From: Lama glama
Lineage: Eukaryota
Assembly (NCBI GenBank): GCA_028534125.1
Contig: CM052818.1
Span: 41,356,001 to 41,420,000, forward strand
Length of the DNA: 64,000 nt
Direction: 5' to 3'
This document shows, piece by piece, positions 25,711 to 38,959 of this stretch. The notes under the pieces are model-generated. The model was given only the letters and a program-made list of their open reading frames with translations. It did not search any database and was not told the origin of the DNA. The translations under genes were made by a program, and so were the position numbers. Positions within the stretch are counted from its first letter, which is position 1, and every line of letters starts with the position of its first letter.

Positions 25711-27044
25711 ACTTGTCTCCCAGAAACATTGAGTCAGTTCAGTGCAGTTTACCAAACATTCATTGAATATTACATTCCATAAACCAATCTATGCACCATG
25801 AAAGCATAAAAAAATAGTAGTAGAAGCACACAAAAATGCACCTGTTTGATATGTTGCATTAAAGATAAAAGATACTGAAGGAGGAAAGAGGTACTCAGGA
25901 AGGAAAAATCTTTAAAGAGGAGATACTTCAGTTGGTCTTGGAAAGGTAAGACATTTTGACAATCAGAGAAGAGGGAAGGGAATGGAGAAGACGTTCAGTG
26001 GAGGGGTATGGTAAGAAAGGTCTTGTGGTGTGGCAAATGTGAGTTAACACAATTTGTAAGATTGTAAATTACTGACAGAATGATTGAAATGCAAATTGGA
26101 CTGATGGGAAAGAATTTAACTTCATTGTGTAAACAACACAAAACTTGGAATTCGTCTCCAGAAATACCAGTAACACAAAGAGTTTTCAAATTGACTTTTT
26201 TTTCCATATATAAGAAAAGAACATTAAACACAACTGTCAGCCACCATGGCTTGTAACTAGGAGTGTGACAGTGTGCTTAGACCCAGCCCCTGGAACAGGA
26301 ATGTGCATTTTACACATCGAGTCTCAGCAGCAAATGCTCACTCACTTTGCCACTAGTACCTGAGGCTGTTGCTTCCTGTGCTGGGTAGAATTTCCTTTCC
26401 AAGATAACCTCCATGGTTCCCTCCAGCTCCAAGGTTTTGTTCTGTGTTCCCATAACCTAGGTCAGTTTTAGGAAGGCAAACTGAATTAACTCACTTGGTT
26501 TTGACTGCAGAAGAACTACTTACAGCCCACTGAGTTGCACTGGAGGAAGAAAGGCAAGAGGCAGGTCTGCGTGTCTTTGAGGAAACCATCTCTCCTGTGA
26601 TGTCCCACTAATGGCAGCGCCGCTTGTGTAAACACTTCCTGAATGATACCCTTTCCTGGGCCGCCTGTGCTTCTCTTTCAGTGACTCACCTGGTAGGTTG
26701 AAAAGCACTTGGCATTTTCATGACTCATGGTAGACAGTCAAGCTAGTGGAGAGCAGTATCTTTTTCCAGCTTTCCTTACTAAGCCTCTATTCTTACTTGC
26801 ATTCCTTCCCCAGGTACAGATGAGACCTGCAGCTTTGGTCTGAATATCCTTACTCCAAAGATCAGGTGCCACAAGGAAACTAGGGAGGCGGCTGAGAGCT
26901 AGGAACGTACAGCATGCATGCTTGTAACCTTTCCCTCTGGGCAAGATGTACAATTTGCTCATGGCTCAGTTACCCATTAAATGTTTCTTTCTTTTCCTAT
27001 TCACCCAGCACTCTCCCAAGTGTTGTGGCTTATAAACATTGAGA

Positions 27045-27305
27045 GATAGCACACAACAGTGGTCTAATGCATGTAATCTGGATCCGGGCTGTGTTTAACT
27101 GAGAAATGGCAATTCTCTGTGAGATTTCGGGAAGAATACTCAGACTTGCTGTCCCTCAGTTTCCTCATCTGTGAAATGAAGTGGGTCGTATAAGCACCTT
27201 TCTCATAGGCTTCTCACGACTATTAAATAAGTTAGGATATGCGTAAATGACTCAGAACAGTATTTGGCACAGAATTATAGCTTCATGCATTTTAGGCACT
27301 GTTCA
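27045..27305 (+). mobile_element. MIR SINE, near full length
   Basis: 'ctgtccctcagtttcctcatctgtgaaatgaag...ttaaataagttaggatatgcgtaaatgactcagaacagtatttggcacag'. Confidence 0.9.
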
Positions 27306-27899
27306 TCATTATTAGGTTATAACTAATCATTGTTAGTTTATAACATCAGTAACTGGAATAAAAGACAGAAATGGCCAATGTTCATGCAGACTCAGTAAGT
27401 GAAGTGATGTGAGAATTCAAACAGTTGGATGAAGTCAGAGAAGAATTTACAAAGGAAGGAGTATCTGGATGAACGTTGAATGGATCTGTGCTGTTACCCC
27501 TTTAATTTGAAAGTTCTGAGGACTCCTCTGTCGTCGTGCTGTCTCACAGCATCTATCCCATGGGTAGTCAAAGTCTTCTTGAATTATAGCTTATTTAATA
27601 TTTGCTCCATTGCTTTGGTCTTCTTTTTCAGGGACTCCTACTATTTGTATGCTAGATTGTCTTTGCTTAACTTCAGTAACTGTCCCTTTTCTCACATCTT
27701 TTTTTTTTTTTTTCAAAATTTCCATGGGGTCAAAATTTGGTGTTTTACTTGTGTTAAGTTATTGGTTTCTACCCCTTTGGACTCCCCACTTCGTTCGCTA
27801 TTCAGAGGCATCTGTCTTCTTTTACTCCATGTTCCTGCAACAGCTGTTTCTCTGACCAATTATTTTTCTGGAGCTAAGTCTAAATGAACAACTGATTCT

Positions 27900-28760
27900 T
27901 TACTTTAACTGTCACTGGCTGAATTTCACACTCTCTGCCATGTCACCCTTTTTGAAATGTTTTACCCTCTGGATCTAGATACTACTTATTTCTATTCCTA
28001 GACTCCTGACCATTTCTTCTCAGCCTCCTTCCTAAGCACTGCTTCTTCCATCTAGCACTCAATTTGGGGAGTTCTATTCTTGGTTCACAGTTCTGATTAC
28101 TCTTCCAGGCCTTATGTGAGTTCATATATCCCCATGTATTTATCAATTCTGTACAGACTACAAACTACATTTCCTGCAAGAGCACTCCTCCAGCCTCTGG
28201 ATACTGACCCCTCCCCTCGTAGCCTCATCACTCATTTTCTTGTGCAGACTTGGTCAGGCTTTCTTAGTGGTCTTCCCACCTTTTATTCAATAATTGAATA
28301 TGTTATGTGGCAAAAAAAAAAAAAGATCACCTTCCTCTCTCCAGCTTCTCTTGCCTCTTACCACTTTCAGCCTTGTGCTTTACACTGTGAAGTGCTGGGC
28401 CATTTCTCATTTCCTGTACACAAAATGCTTTTTCACACTTTGCATATTTCTCAAGCTGTTCCTTCTGCTGGTGTGCTCCAGTCTCTCCTCTTTTGCGAAC
28501 ATACTTTAAAATTCAGCACAGACATTATCTTTTCCAGGAAACATCCTCTGGACACCCAGCCCAGGTAAGCGATCGTCCTCAGTGCTGCCGTCACAGCCTG
28601 GGGCTGCCTCTGTGTCTGCAGTGAGGATTCCCTCTGGTTGTTCCTTAGCAGTTTCCCCTGGATTGTGAAGATTTGCAAGAGCTGGGTTGTAAATCTAAAG
28701 CCTGCTATAGTGTCTAATCCACAGCGTTCTCAGTAATGTTTGTGAAGCAATGTGCTCTTG
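27900..28760 (+). mobile_element. L2 LINE, fragmented 3' region
   Basis: Pyrimidine-rich L2-like blocks ('ctgaccatttcttctcagcctccttc', 'ctcaagctgttccttctgctgg', 'cttttccaggaaacatcctctggac') ending in an L2-type tail. Confidence 0.65.
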
Positions 28761-29435
28761 AGTAACGTGAGACGTCTGTATCTCTATGAATATATAGGAA
28801 AACTAATGAACATGTGAAAAAACTAAGGATCAGTAGGTACAACCACCTCATTTTACAAACGAGGAATCGAAGTACATGATATATCCTGGATTGAAACCGG
28901 AATGCCTTGTTTCTTATTCTGGTAATATTTTCAGGTAAGTCATTTTGGGTATGACTGGAAGTTATAAAATGTTTCTCCCTCAAGTAATTTACTTTAAAAA
29001 TTCCAACCAGGCTCTGTTACAGCCTCACAGTTAACATAACAGGGATCTTTTAATTTGATTTTTTTCATTCTTTAAATTATATTCAGTTGTATTTATGACG
29101 TTCTATTTTAGCCTCTTTTTTAAATTATCCAAATTATAATATAATTTTATTCTGAAATTATTGCCTTGATCCTAAACCACAGCAATAAAGCATTGGCTTT
29201 CCTTAAAATAACTGCACTGCTTGGCAAAATGTGATGGTTTCCATATCCTGCACCTCTTACAACTATTAAAGAGATTATTTGACAAACAACATGTTTGTGC
29301 TGTTTTTCCAGGAAAGACACTAAGTCCCAACTGTAATGTTTTTGTTTTTCTTTTTTGAGAAATCAACTATAATCATGAGTTGATCTAGATTAGAATTTAG
29401 GAGTTAGAGTATCTAGTTAAAAAAAAAAAAGGATT

Positions 29436-29745
29436 TTAACAAAACAAACAAAACAAAAACAGACCTAGAGAAAGAGAACAAGAGTGGTTGCCTGAAGGGA
29501 GGGACTAGAGTGGGTGGGCAAAATAGGCAAAGAGGATTAAGAGGTGCGAATCTCCAGTTATAAAATAAATGAGCCACAAGGATGTAATATAGTCAGTGAT
29601 ATTGTAGTAAGTTTGTATGGGGACAGATAGTTATGAGACGTACTGTAGCGATCATTTATAATGTATGCAAATGTCAAGTCATTATGTAGTACACCTGAAA
29701 CTAACATGATATTGTATATCAACTATATTTCAGCTTAAAAAAAAG
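29436..29745 (+). mobile_element. L1 3' end, intermediate age (Laurasiatherian L1MA9-like)
   Basis: 'gagaacaagagtggttgcc...gattaagaggtgcgaatctccagttataaaataaatgagccacaaggatgta...tacacctgaaactaacatgatattgtatatcaactata'; degraded TSD aaaaaggattttaa / aaaaagaattctaa. Confidence 0.85.
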
Positions 29746-32619
29746 AATTCTAAGAAAATAAGTGAACAAACATAATAAATATTTCTTTATACTGAGTGTG
29801 TTAACTATGGAATTTCAGCTTTGGATTAACTGTTATGAAACTATAGTTAAAAACACTGTTGAAAGGGTTTTGAAAATCCATCTGAGAAAATGGTAATTCT
29901 AAACAATTTGATTTCTTGTAAGCTCTGTGCTGTAACAGACCAGCTGTTACCAAAGCCATGTATCTGTCCTTTATTAACTTAATGTCTTAAAAAAATGCCT
30001 CCTATGAATAATGACTCAATATTACAGTCTCAAGCCTCATTGAGTTTTTGATATTAAAAAATGGATATATAAAAAAAATCTTCCACCACCTACTCCCAAA
30101 CGGCTGTGGCATTGCTTAGCCTTTGCACACAGAAGCTCTAGTAAGCTTTCTGTAGAATTTGAGCTAGGGGGAGAAATGTATGCTTCCCTGATAAACTGAT
30201 AGGTAATAGTTATAAATTCAATCTAATTCAAACAATATTTACGCCCTCTTATTTTGAAATCACTGGTTTCAACCAACAGAAACCACGTTTGACTCAAATA
30301 AGCAAACAGCATATACTGGAAACTTATAGCGGGGCGCCAGACTCTCTCAGTCCAACACCTCGCAAAACAATGACAACAGTATCATACCAGTCGACAGTCT
30401 GATCAGAACACTGCCTATGGGATAAATACATTTAAATATTTGTTTTGGACTTGGGCCGTGTGGATCACAAATCAGACTTACCGGGGAGAGTGTCTCACTG
30501 GCTGCCGTTTAGCCCTGGACCTGCCCCAGTGTGGCGGGGGGCGGAGAAGAAGCATCTGACCCCTCAAGCTTGTAGGGAACGTTGGCACGTGGATTTACCT
30601 TCCGCTGAGGCTTCACACAACAGGGGGTGGGGTGGGGTCTCCAAAATTAAACTGGGGGCTATTTGGGAAGAAGAGTGGGTACTGAGCTGTCAAAGTACAA
30701 GTGTTCTCTGTGCCTGACCCTCTTCTAATTGCTGGCAATGGAGAAAGGGAAAAGTTGTTGGCTTCATAGAACTAAAAGAATTCCAAAGGGGAAAAAATGA
30801 GGACAAAAAGAAGCCTCGAATGAAGTGAATGTTATAAAAAGAGCACAGGGTGCTAGAGAGGGGGTTCTAACCAGTCAGTGGGAGCCAGGAGAGAGAGTTC
30901 ACCCTGGCTGGAGGAAGGCTGAAAGGGAAACCATGCCAAGTGTGGGGCTTGTTACTGCTGCCGCCTGGTAGTCCCCTCATCTCCTTTCTCTAATTTCTAG
31001 TTTTCTATTCGTTACCATTTCTTTATGTGCACACAATGTATATTCATATGCTAGGGTAGAAGCAAAAATAAGAGCTGCCATTTATTGAATACCCATGACT
31101 CAGCGGACTTTAGAAACACAGTATCATTAAGGCAAATGTTATTATTGTATAGTGATATATAACATGTGTATAATTTTCACACATACAATTTATATGTGAA
31201 AAAGACTCCTAGCTAATGAATGTCAAAGCCTGGGTTCTATATATTTATATGAATCCAAAAACATGGGAGAACCACATGTTATAAAATAATAGATACATGA
31301 AAACATAGTAAATATGTTTTGACACTTGTTATAGAATTGGAAAAATCCTAAAAGAATGTCAGTAAAGGATCCGGATAAAGAATGAGTGTACTCAGAGTTG
31401 TGATAACACATTTGTGGCTTCTGTGACATTTCTCCATAGCTATGACTGGGATTTGAAAACGGGGACTAGAATTGAGAAAACTGGGACCCCTATGTTGGCA
31501 TCACTGTTTTTCATCTTTGTGACCATAGAGAAGTCACTTAAAATTACTTGAATGTTAGTTTCTCATCTACAGCATGAAATAATAATCTCTCTCACAAATA
31601 CATTATAAAATTTAAATAAGATGGCACATGTGATGTTATTTTATTAACTTTGGATGTAACAAAAATGCACTTATGTTTACTATCTTAATTATGCTATAGG
31701 GAGCAGTAACATGTGCATTATAAATCTTCCCAGTGTTTCCTCCTGGTTTTCACAGTTTAGAGCTGTGATTGTTTATTTCAGTGACTTGGCAAAAGGATAA
31801 AATAATTCTCCTTGAAATATAGGAGTCATTTCACAGCTCCACTTCAGTGCAACTGGGGTTTTCTCTCCGGGCTGTGAAGTTTTGCACCATTTCTTCTGTA
31901 ATTCATTGCTGACTTGGACAGCAGGCCTATTTTTCAGTGGGAGTTAACAAGTGCCTTTCCCAGAGAAGCATTTACTGGATGGGGAGTCACGTCTCTCACA
32001 TCTACTTCCCCTAGTCATCTTTTCAGTTAGCCTTGTCCCAACATTTGTGGAGGGTTTCTGGGTGCTCTGGGACTATATCCATTCTCACTTTTGGAAAGAT
32101 GATTTAAATCCTCTACTTTCAAAACTACAGTCACTGTGGGATTTCTCTGTAGGGATGGAGCCTCAGTGAGAAAGAGTTCTGTGATTGATTGTGCTTGTGT
32201 AATGGATGTATGGAGCTATGAAGCTATAAACCATCTTGAGAATGAACAGGAGAGTAAAAGGTCTGTTCACCAAGAAATCTGTCCTGCATAAGAATCAAGA
32301 ATCAGTCTCTCTCTTTCTCTCATCTCTTTCAATATATCTCCTTCCCTCCCTCCTTGCACCCTGTCCTCCCTTCCTCTCTCTTAATAGTTAAATATAGATA
32401 TGTTAATTTTGAGACCTGTCCAAATTCATTCAAGATTTTAGGGGCTGGCTGCAGCATCACCATGTGTCCTGTAGGGATTTGTCCTCAATGGAGAGGTATC
32501 AGACAGAAAGGCAAGTACCTCAGCCCTCCCTAGAGGCTAAAATTATGTATGCCACTGCTCAGAAATACCCCAACAGGGAGCTGGGAGTGATGGTGACTCT
32601 TAAAATAATGAAATAAAAA

Positions 32620-32810
32620 GTTGTGCTGTATACTGCCTGGGTTCAATACCAGCTCACCACTTACTAGCTGTTTGACTTTGACTGAGACAGTTAATTTCAG
32701 TGAGCTTCGATTTCCTTATCTTTAAATGGGAGTAGGTAACAATAATTTTGTGGGGGATTTGTGAACATAAAACTAAGGGCTGTGAATTGATGGTTAATAG
32801 CCAGGTAGAG
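32620..32810 (+). mobile_element. MIR SINE
   Basis: 'ctgcctgggttcaataccagctcaccacttactagctgtttgacttt...tttccttatctttaaatggg'. Confidence 0.85.
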
Positions 32811-33344
32811 TGGGGATAAGGAATTGCAGTTGCTTCCTAAATAGTGAGCATTTCTGCCCCCCCCCCATCTCTGCCCAGGAACGGGGTTACCTTTTAACAA
32901 GATGCTTTTGTGACTTTTCTCTTACTTCGTACCTTTTTGTAAGTGTTGACAATGAATTCTCCGACCCTGGTATGAGCCAGTCATGGTTGATAGCTGGATA
33001 TTTCCTTGGCTCCCAGCAGAAGCCTCTCATTCTGTGTGTATAGATAAGGGTTCTCTCTTGATTCTTTTGGGCAGATGTCAACAGAGTGAACCAGACTGCC
33101 TGTGTCTTTGTGTTGTATTTGAGCACCACATGGACAGATCAGTCAGCTCACATAGTAATGGGACAAATTGTACCAATAATCTAATGAATTCTTAATACAA
33201 GGGCATGCTCTTTCAACAGCTCCTTTGAATCTCTCCTATGTGACTGTTGTTCAGATAATTTCTTCCCTCTTGAAGGGAGTTCTGCAAGTATTAGATAACG
33301 AATGAGTGAATTTTAGAAATAATATTGTGAGAGGGGAAACATTT

Positions 33345-33447
33345 TTCCCCCCTCCCTCTTCCTTCCCTCCTTCCTTTCCTTTGTTCTTTTCCTTCCCTCT
33401 TTCTTTTCCTCCCCCTCCCTCTCTCTCTTTCTTCTCTCTTTCCTCTC
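33345..33447. repeat. CT-rich polypyrimidine tract
   Basis: Direct read. Confidence 0.9.
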
Positions 33448-33549
33448 AGAATAACCCAACTAAGGCTTTAGACAGTTACAGATTGCCCAAAGAGAGGAAA
33501 ATAGAAATGCTGTCTCAGCCGTAATGAGTAAATAGTGGTGAGCAGTTTG

Positions 33550-35100
33550 GGTCAATATAATCAGCAAGCAGTTGATGCTCACTTAAAGTACGGGTTTTAT
33601 TCTTTTGAAAATTCAGGTGATACTAAAAACTACTGTCACTTTTGCAAAAAAAAAATGAGTAATAATTAGATGAAATTCCTTGTAGTGACAATTAAAAGCA
33701 GATTGTGCAAATTTGAAAAAAAGAACTCAGAAGGTTGATGGAAATTAAAATGTTACCTCAAGTTAAAAAATTATCATTACATATGTATGTTCATGTATAA
33801 CTGAAAAATTGTGCTGAACACTGGAATTTGACACAACACTGTAAAATGATTATAAATCAATAAAAAAGGTTTAAAAAAATTATCATTACAACCAGACTGA
33901 CCAAAAAATAAATAAATCTTGATGCTACCTCTAAGGTCAGTTTCAGAATTAACTTAGAAGCGAACTTGACATCAAATGGCACATGATGTCCTGTGTCATA
34001 GGTACACCTAAATCTATTTTAGATGAAAAAGAATTGGGTAGACTGAAAGCATCCATCAAGGACAACTTGAAAAATAAAATTTAGTTTGCTGAAAAGAAAC
34101 ACTGGAGTAACCAGTTGTGGATCTAAAGTTAAACTAGCAGGACAAATGTATGGACAGCGAAGATTAAGAACTTTATCAAAATTGTTTATTTCATTTTTTA
34201 ATGATATAATTTATAAAACATACTAATCTTTGAAGTCCTTGAGGATAAAATAATCCATGAAGAAATTTAACTTTTAATAAGATTTGTGAATTTTTTTCCA
34301 CTTTGGGGAAAATCCAGGATAGGCAAATTGGGATGTTTTCTACATGGCCAGAAACACAGCATCATTCACTAAGGAGCCTTTACCTCTGTGGTTAGAGATT
34401 GGTTCTGTGAGTTTTAGGGTTTAATAGGCTGTTATGAACAATACAGTTTATTTAAAAAATACCATCTCTGTTGACTAATTCATAATGAAATAGGCACTGA
34501 TTTTGAATCCAGCAATTTGTGAGATTTTTATGAACTCAGTATTAATTTTTTTCTTAATCATAATTTTTTTTAAAAAATGTTAAAGTGGATTGATTCATTT
34601 TTGATTTTAGTAATAAGGGGTGGTTCATAAAAGTGACATTTATTTTTTCAATGTGGAGCACTTTCAATTAATAATTCCAAAGCAAAATTGTCAATGATTT
34701 TGCTGTACATGAAAAGACAGCTGCTATAAAAATGATACCTGCAGCCTGATCGAGAGACTTGACTGTAGAGGCTCTGGGTGTTTTGAAAAATTTAGATCAT
34801 TTACGTGTGATTTGAATGAAGTATTAATGATAAAACATGGAAGTGATTCTGTGAAACCTCCTCACTTAAAAAGTCTTTTGGTAGACTTCTTTTTGTCATA
34901 GTAAAGGAAAGTGGCTCGTGGATTAAAAAGAAAATAAATGCAGCTATATCAACAGATTTGGCTTTCAATAAAAAGACACACTAACTGAAATTTCCATCCA
35001 AGGAGTTTGAAAGCATTGCATCATTGGCAGCACTCAGCACTTCACTTGTCACCAATACTGGGGCAATTCAAATAAAATGTTGGCATTATAGCACACATAT
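33550..35100 (+). mobile_element. Highly decayed hAT (Charlie-type) transposase fossil
   Basis: Ordered peptide remnants: HLKYGF (33580-97), HSIIH*GA (34355-78, cf. HCxIHRxAL), HNEIGTDFE (34481-507, cf. CxEMGS); boundaries uncertain. Confidence 0.55.
33782..33873 (+). mobile_element. Very short young L1 3' end with perfect 17-bp TSD
   Basis: 'gttcatgtataactgaaaaattgtgctgaacactggaatttgacacaacactgtaaaatgattataaatcaataaaaaa'; TSD aaaaaattatcattaca at 33765-81 and 33874-90. Confidence 0.9.
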
Positions 35101-36164
35101 ATGTGACCTTGAATTTATGAATTATTGGGAGGAAAGAGAAAAAATAAAGTAAGGTTGCCTAATTATAAATCTGGTACATGTTTCCTGCTCTCTTTGTAAT
35201 CCAATGGCATTCTACCTGTTAATTAAAAAAAATATGCATTAAAGCTTTCTTTCATTCCAAATAATCAGCTTGAAACGTATTTTCACAATGAAAAAATACT
35301 CAGTATTTATCATCAAAAGCTTCAGTCATACACCAAGTGGTTAGTTTTGGAGGAAAGGATTATAAAAACTTACATTTTCTACTTAATGAACTTCTATATT
35401 TGAAATTTTTTGACCAGAATATATAGCATACATGTTAAAATTTTAGTTTAAAATATATATTGGAAAAGCTTTTGAAATCCAGGTGGTTTTGAAAGTAAAA
35501 CATGAATAGGAAAGCATAATAGAAGAGATGCTGCAAGTTTAAAAAAGATTATTTTAAGATGTTCCTTTAGGATCTGGTGTCATATCTGTTGTTGAGTCTT
35601 TTCCATCTTTAAGGGAACTTTATTGCGTATTTTGGGACTACTTTAATATGCTATGTTGACTTTAATTGAAATTCATTGAAAGAGTATATGACTTATTATA
35701 GGGTGAGGGTGGTCAATTTGTATCAGCACAAAAATTCAGTTAATTTTCCTAAATCCCTCTTTATCCCCTTGCCTTTTTACATTTTCCAATGCCCATGGAG
35801 TCTGTACTCAACCAACATAACCCCCTTACTATAGTCCAGACTTACTCACTCTCATCTGAGCCATGACTGTGGTCGTTCTCCAGATGTCAAGCCTTTAATT
35901 CTCACCTTTTTCAATCTCTCTCATTTCTTCTAGTGATATCTATCTCTAGTTAAAAAGCCTTCCATTGTTCAGACACTGTCAAGAAGGACTCACTGTCCCT
36001 TAGCCATAATTCAGAGCGAAGTTCTGTAAAACCTTCACGCACAAGCAATCACCAATTATATAGATTATCCTACATTTAATTTATCTAGTAAATATTGGTC
36101 TGCCACAGTATTATGTCCTATGGCTAATAAAATAAATGAAATATTCATTAATTCATTTTCATCA

Positions 36165-36580
36165 AAGACAGCTATTTGTCCCCCAGTATTCATTTCCCCC
36201 CTCTTTCATGGTAATAGAACCTGTATGTTTTATCAAGGCATTTGGCCATCTAGAATGAAGACAACATTTTTCAGTTTCCTTTGGATTTATAGGTGTCTAT
36301 ATGACTAATTTACGGCCAATATCATATAAGAGGGAGTGATACTCCCAGCTCTTCCCTTTTTGCTGGCTGTAATACAGATGCAGTATCCATCTTGGATAAA
36401 GAGGTGAACTTGACAATGGCAGTCACATTGCAGAGCCATGAAGACGTAAGGATTGGTGTCCTTAACACAAAGGAGCACCAATTTACAACTGGATTACCTA
36501 CTCAGAGAAATAAAATTCTTTCTGATTTAAACTGCAGTTATTTTTTGGTTTACTATTACCCATAGCCAAGCTTAATCTTT
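36165..36580 (+). mobile_element. Old MaLR LTR (MLT1J-like)
   Basis: 'cccagtattcatttccccc...gacaacatttttcagtttcctttgg...tatgactaatttacggccaat...tttaaactgcagttattttttggtttt'. Confidence 0.65.
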
Positions 36581-37149
36581 ATTTAAATAAACATCAAATT
36601 AATTTATATAAGACTCATTAGAAAACAAATCTTACTGAAAATATTTTGGACATAAGATCTTTTGGTGCTTCCTTTCCTTCACCACCTTGTTAAATGAAGA
36701 CATTTGCTAAAGCAGTATTTTAAACTCTTTGTTACTTTGCCAGTACTTTTCTTCGGAGAACAACTGTAGCTACAACTCCAATTTCAGTGCCATTTAATCC
36801 TCAATCTATTTTCTATCTCATGATCTGGCATGTAGTTTCTTTAAACATTTCTCTCTGCTTCAGTGAGCCTCACCCTTCAGCACCACACAATTTAATAGAG
36901 AACACAGAGCTAGAAGTAGGTCAAGCAGAATCAGGTCCCTGACTTACTATATGATGACGGTAGGCAATTTACTGTCTCTTGGATTAGAAACAACTGCTCT
37001 ACCTTCATGATGGAATTTTCATCAACATTAAATGAGACGATGTAACAGCTTTCTCTATTTTACCATAGCATGCTTTGCAGTACTATGCAGTCATGAGGGT
37101 TGTATATATCCTAATATTTTTATTCTTCTGCTCCAGTAGCTACTGAACA

Positions 37150-38955
37150 TATTTTAAAGCCTTTGCTACATACAAATAAACATATATAGTATATATGTCA
37201 CCTATGAAGCAAAGCAAACTTTAAAAAGAGTTGCAAACATTTAAAGATATCACTGCTTCTATGTTTTCACTCTATCCCAACCCTTGCTCCGCTCCAGAAG
37301 AAATAGCTACTGTGAATTTTGTGTTTATCATCCTCAGGTTGCCCTTAGTTTTCAAATAGTTTTCCTATTTACATATACGTATATAAGAATATATTTTTTA
37401 GTTTTATTTATTCTGAACTCCTTATGAATGGAATCATTGTATATGTTTTTCTGTTTGTTTCCATTCAGCATTATGTTTCTAAAATTCACCCATGTTGTTG
37501 TGTGACTGCAGTGCGTTCATTCTTATTGCTGTGTAATGTCACCTGTGTGATTAGACCACAGGACATTCATTATTCTATTGATGAATATTTTATCTTGCTT
37601 TGCTATTACAAACCAAGCTCCTGTGAACATTTTTGCATATGTTTCGTAGTGCACATGTGGAAGAGCTTCTCTAGAGCATATAATTCTAGAAATAGAATTG
37701 CTGTGCTGTGAGTAATTGCTTTTCAAAGTGATTTTCACCTTTTTGGTCCTCTGAACTGTGTACAGTCAGAAACATCTCTCACTTGGCTTAACAGACTTCT
37801 CAGTTACAACCAATATAACGAGAGGAAAATAATATCTTATTGTGATTTTAACTTGCATTTCTCTGCTTAATAATGATGTACATCTACATTTTGTTAATTT
37901 GTGTTTTCTATGAAAAAACTATTTGTATCTTTTGCTCATGTTTTCTATTGTATTATTTACATCGTCTGTTGATAAGCAGGTTACTTTTAATAATGTATGT
38001 TTGTATTAATGTTTCTGATTATATGTTTGCAAAATATCATCAAATTTTAACTTGTCTCATTCTTTTGAGGGGAAGTTTAGTGGAACAAAAGCTGTTAATT
38101 TAAAAATAGCTGAACTTAACAGTATTTGTTTTATATTACCACTTTTTTACTATTATTTTAGCAACCCTCCATTTTTCAAACAGTCCTCAGATGATAAAGA
38201 TATTCTTTCATATTCCTTTCTAAATGTTTACGTCTTCTCTTTCACAGTTGAATCTTTATTCACCTGGAATTGATTTGTATATGTGTTGAGATAAGAATAT
38301 AATTTCCATTTTCTTTTGTTTATTTAGATAATTAATTGAGCATCATTCATTGAAAAGTTCATCCTTTTTAAAGTGATCAGCAACATTAACTCTATGATAC
38401 ATCATGCTTCCATAAAGCTTTATCTTGTTTCTTTGGCAATTTTTTTACCATAAAATATTTCTGCATTAATTTCTAGAGAAGTACATTAACTATCTGATAG
38501 GGCAATGTTTATCATGTTTTAGACCTCCTGGGGTTTGTTCCACTTATAAATTTTAAAATCAACTCCACCATATTAATTTTAAAATAAACTTAGCAAAAAC
38601 AGCAACCAACAACAGCAACAACAGAGTTGTGCTTTTTGTTGGAATTTTATTAAATATAAATGTAAAATTGGGGAAGAATTGATAAATTGCTAAACTCTCA
38701 TGAATTACAATTAAACATGAGCCAGTTTATTGTAACAGATCTCTTTCTACATATATACTCGTCCTATAGATTCTGGTTCTTTGGAAAACCCTGAACATGC
38801 TTCTCCAGTCATTTCTTTTCCTTCCACTACCACACTCTCCAGGATCTCCTGGACCTTTAATTATACTGCAGCACAATAGCGGGTTTCCTCGTCTTGTTCC
38901 TGATTGTGAAAAGAATGCTTCTCAGGTTTTCCCAGTTAGAATGAGATTGCCTCTG
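37150..38955 (-). mobile_element. Old L1 (L1ME/M5-like) 3' UTR and ORF2 fragments
   Basis: 'tatgaatggaatcattgtatatg...ttccattcagcattatgtttctaaaattcacccatgttgttg', 'tagaaatagaattgctg', 'cctcgtcttgttcctgattgtgaaaagaatgcttct'. Confidence 0.8.
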
Positions 38956-38959
38956 GCTG

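Noticed and set aside
26604..26622. CTCF-like CCACTAATGGCAGCG
   Set aside because: One base short in the core relative to CCACTAGATGGCAG
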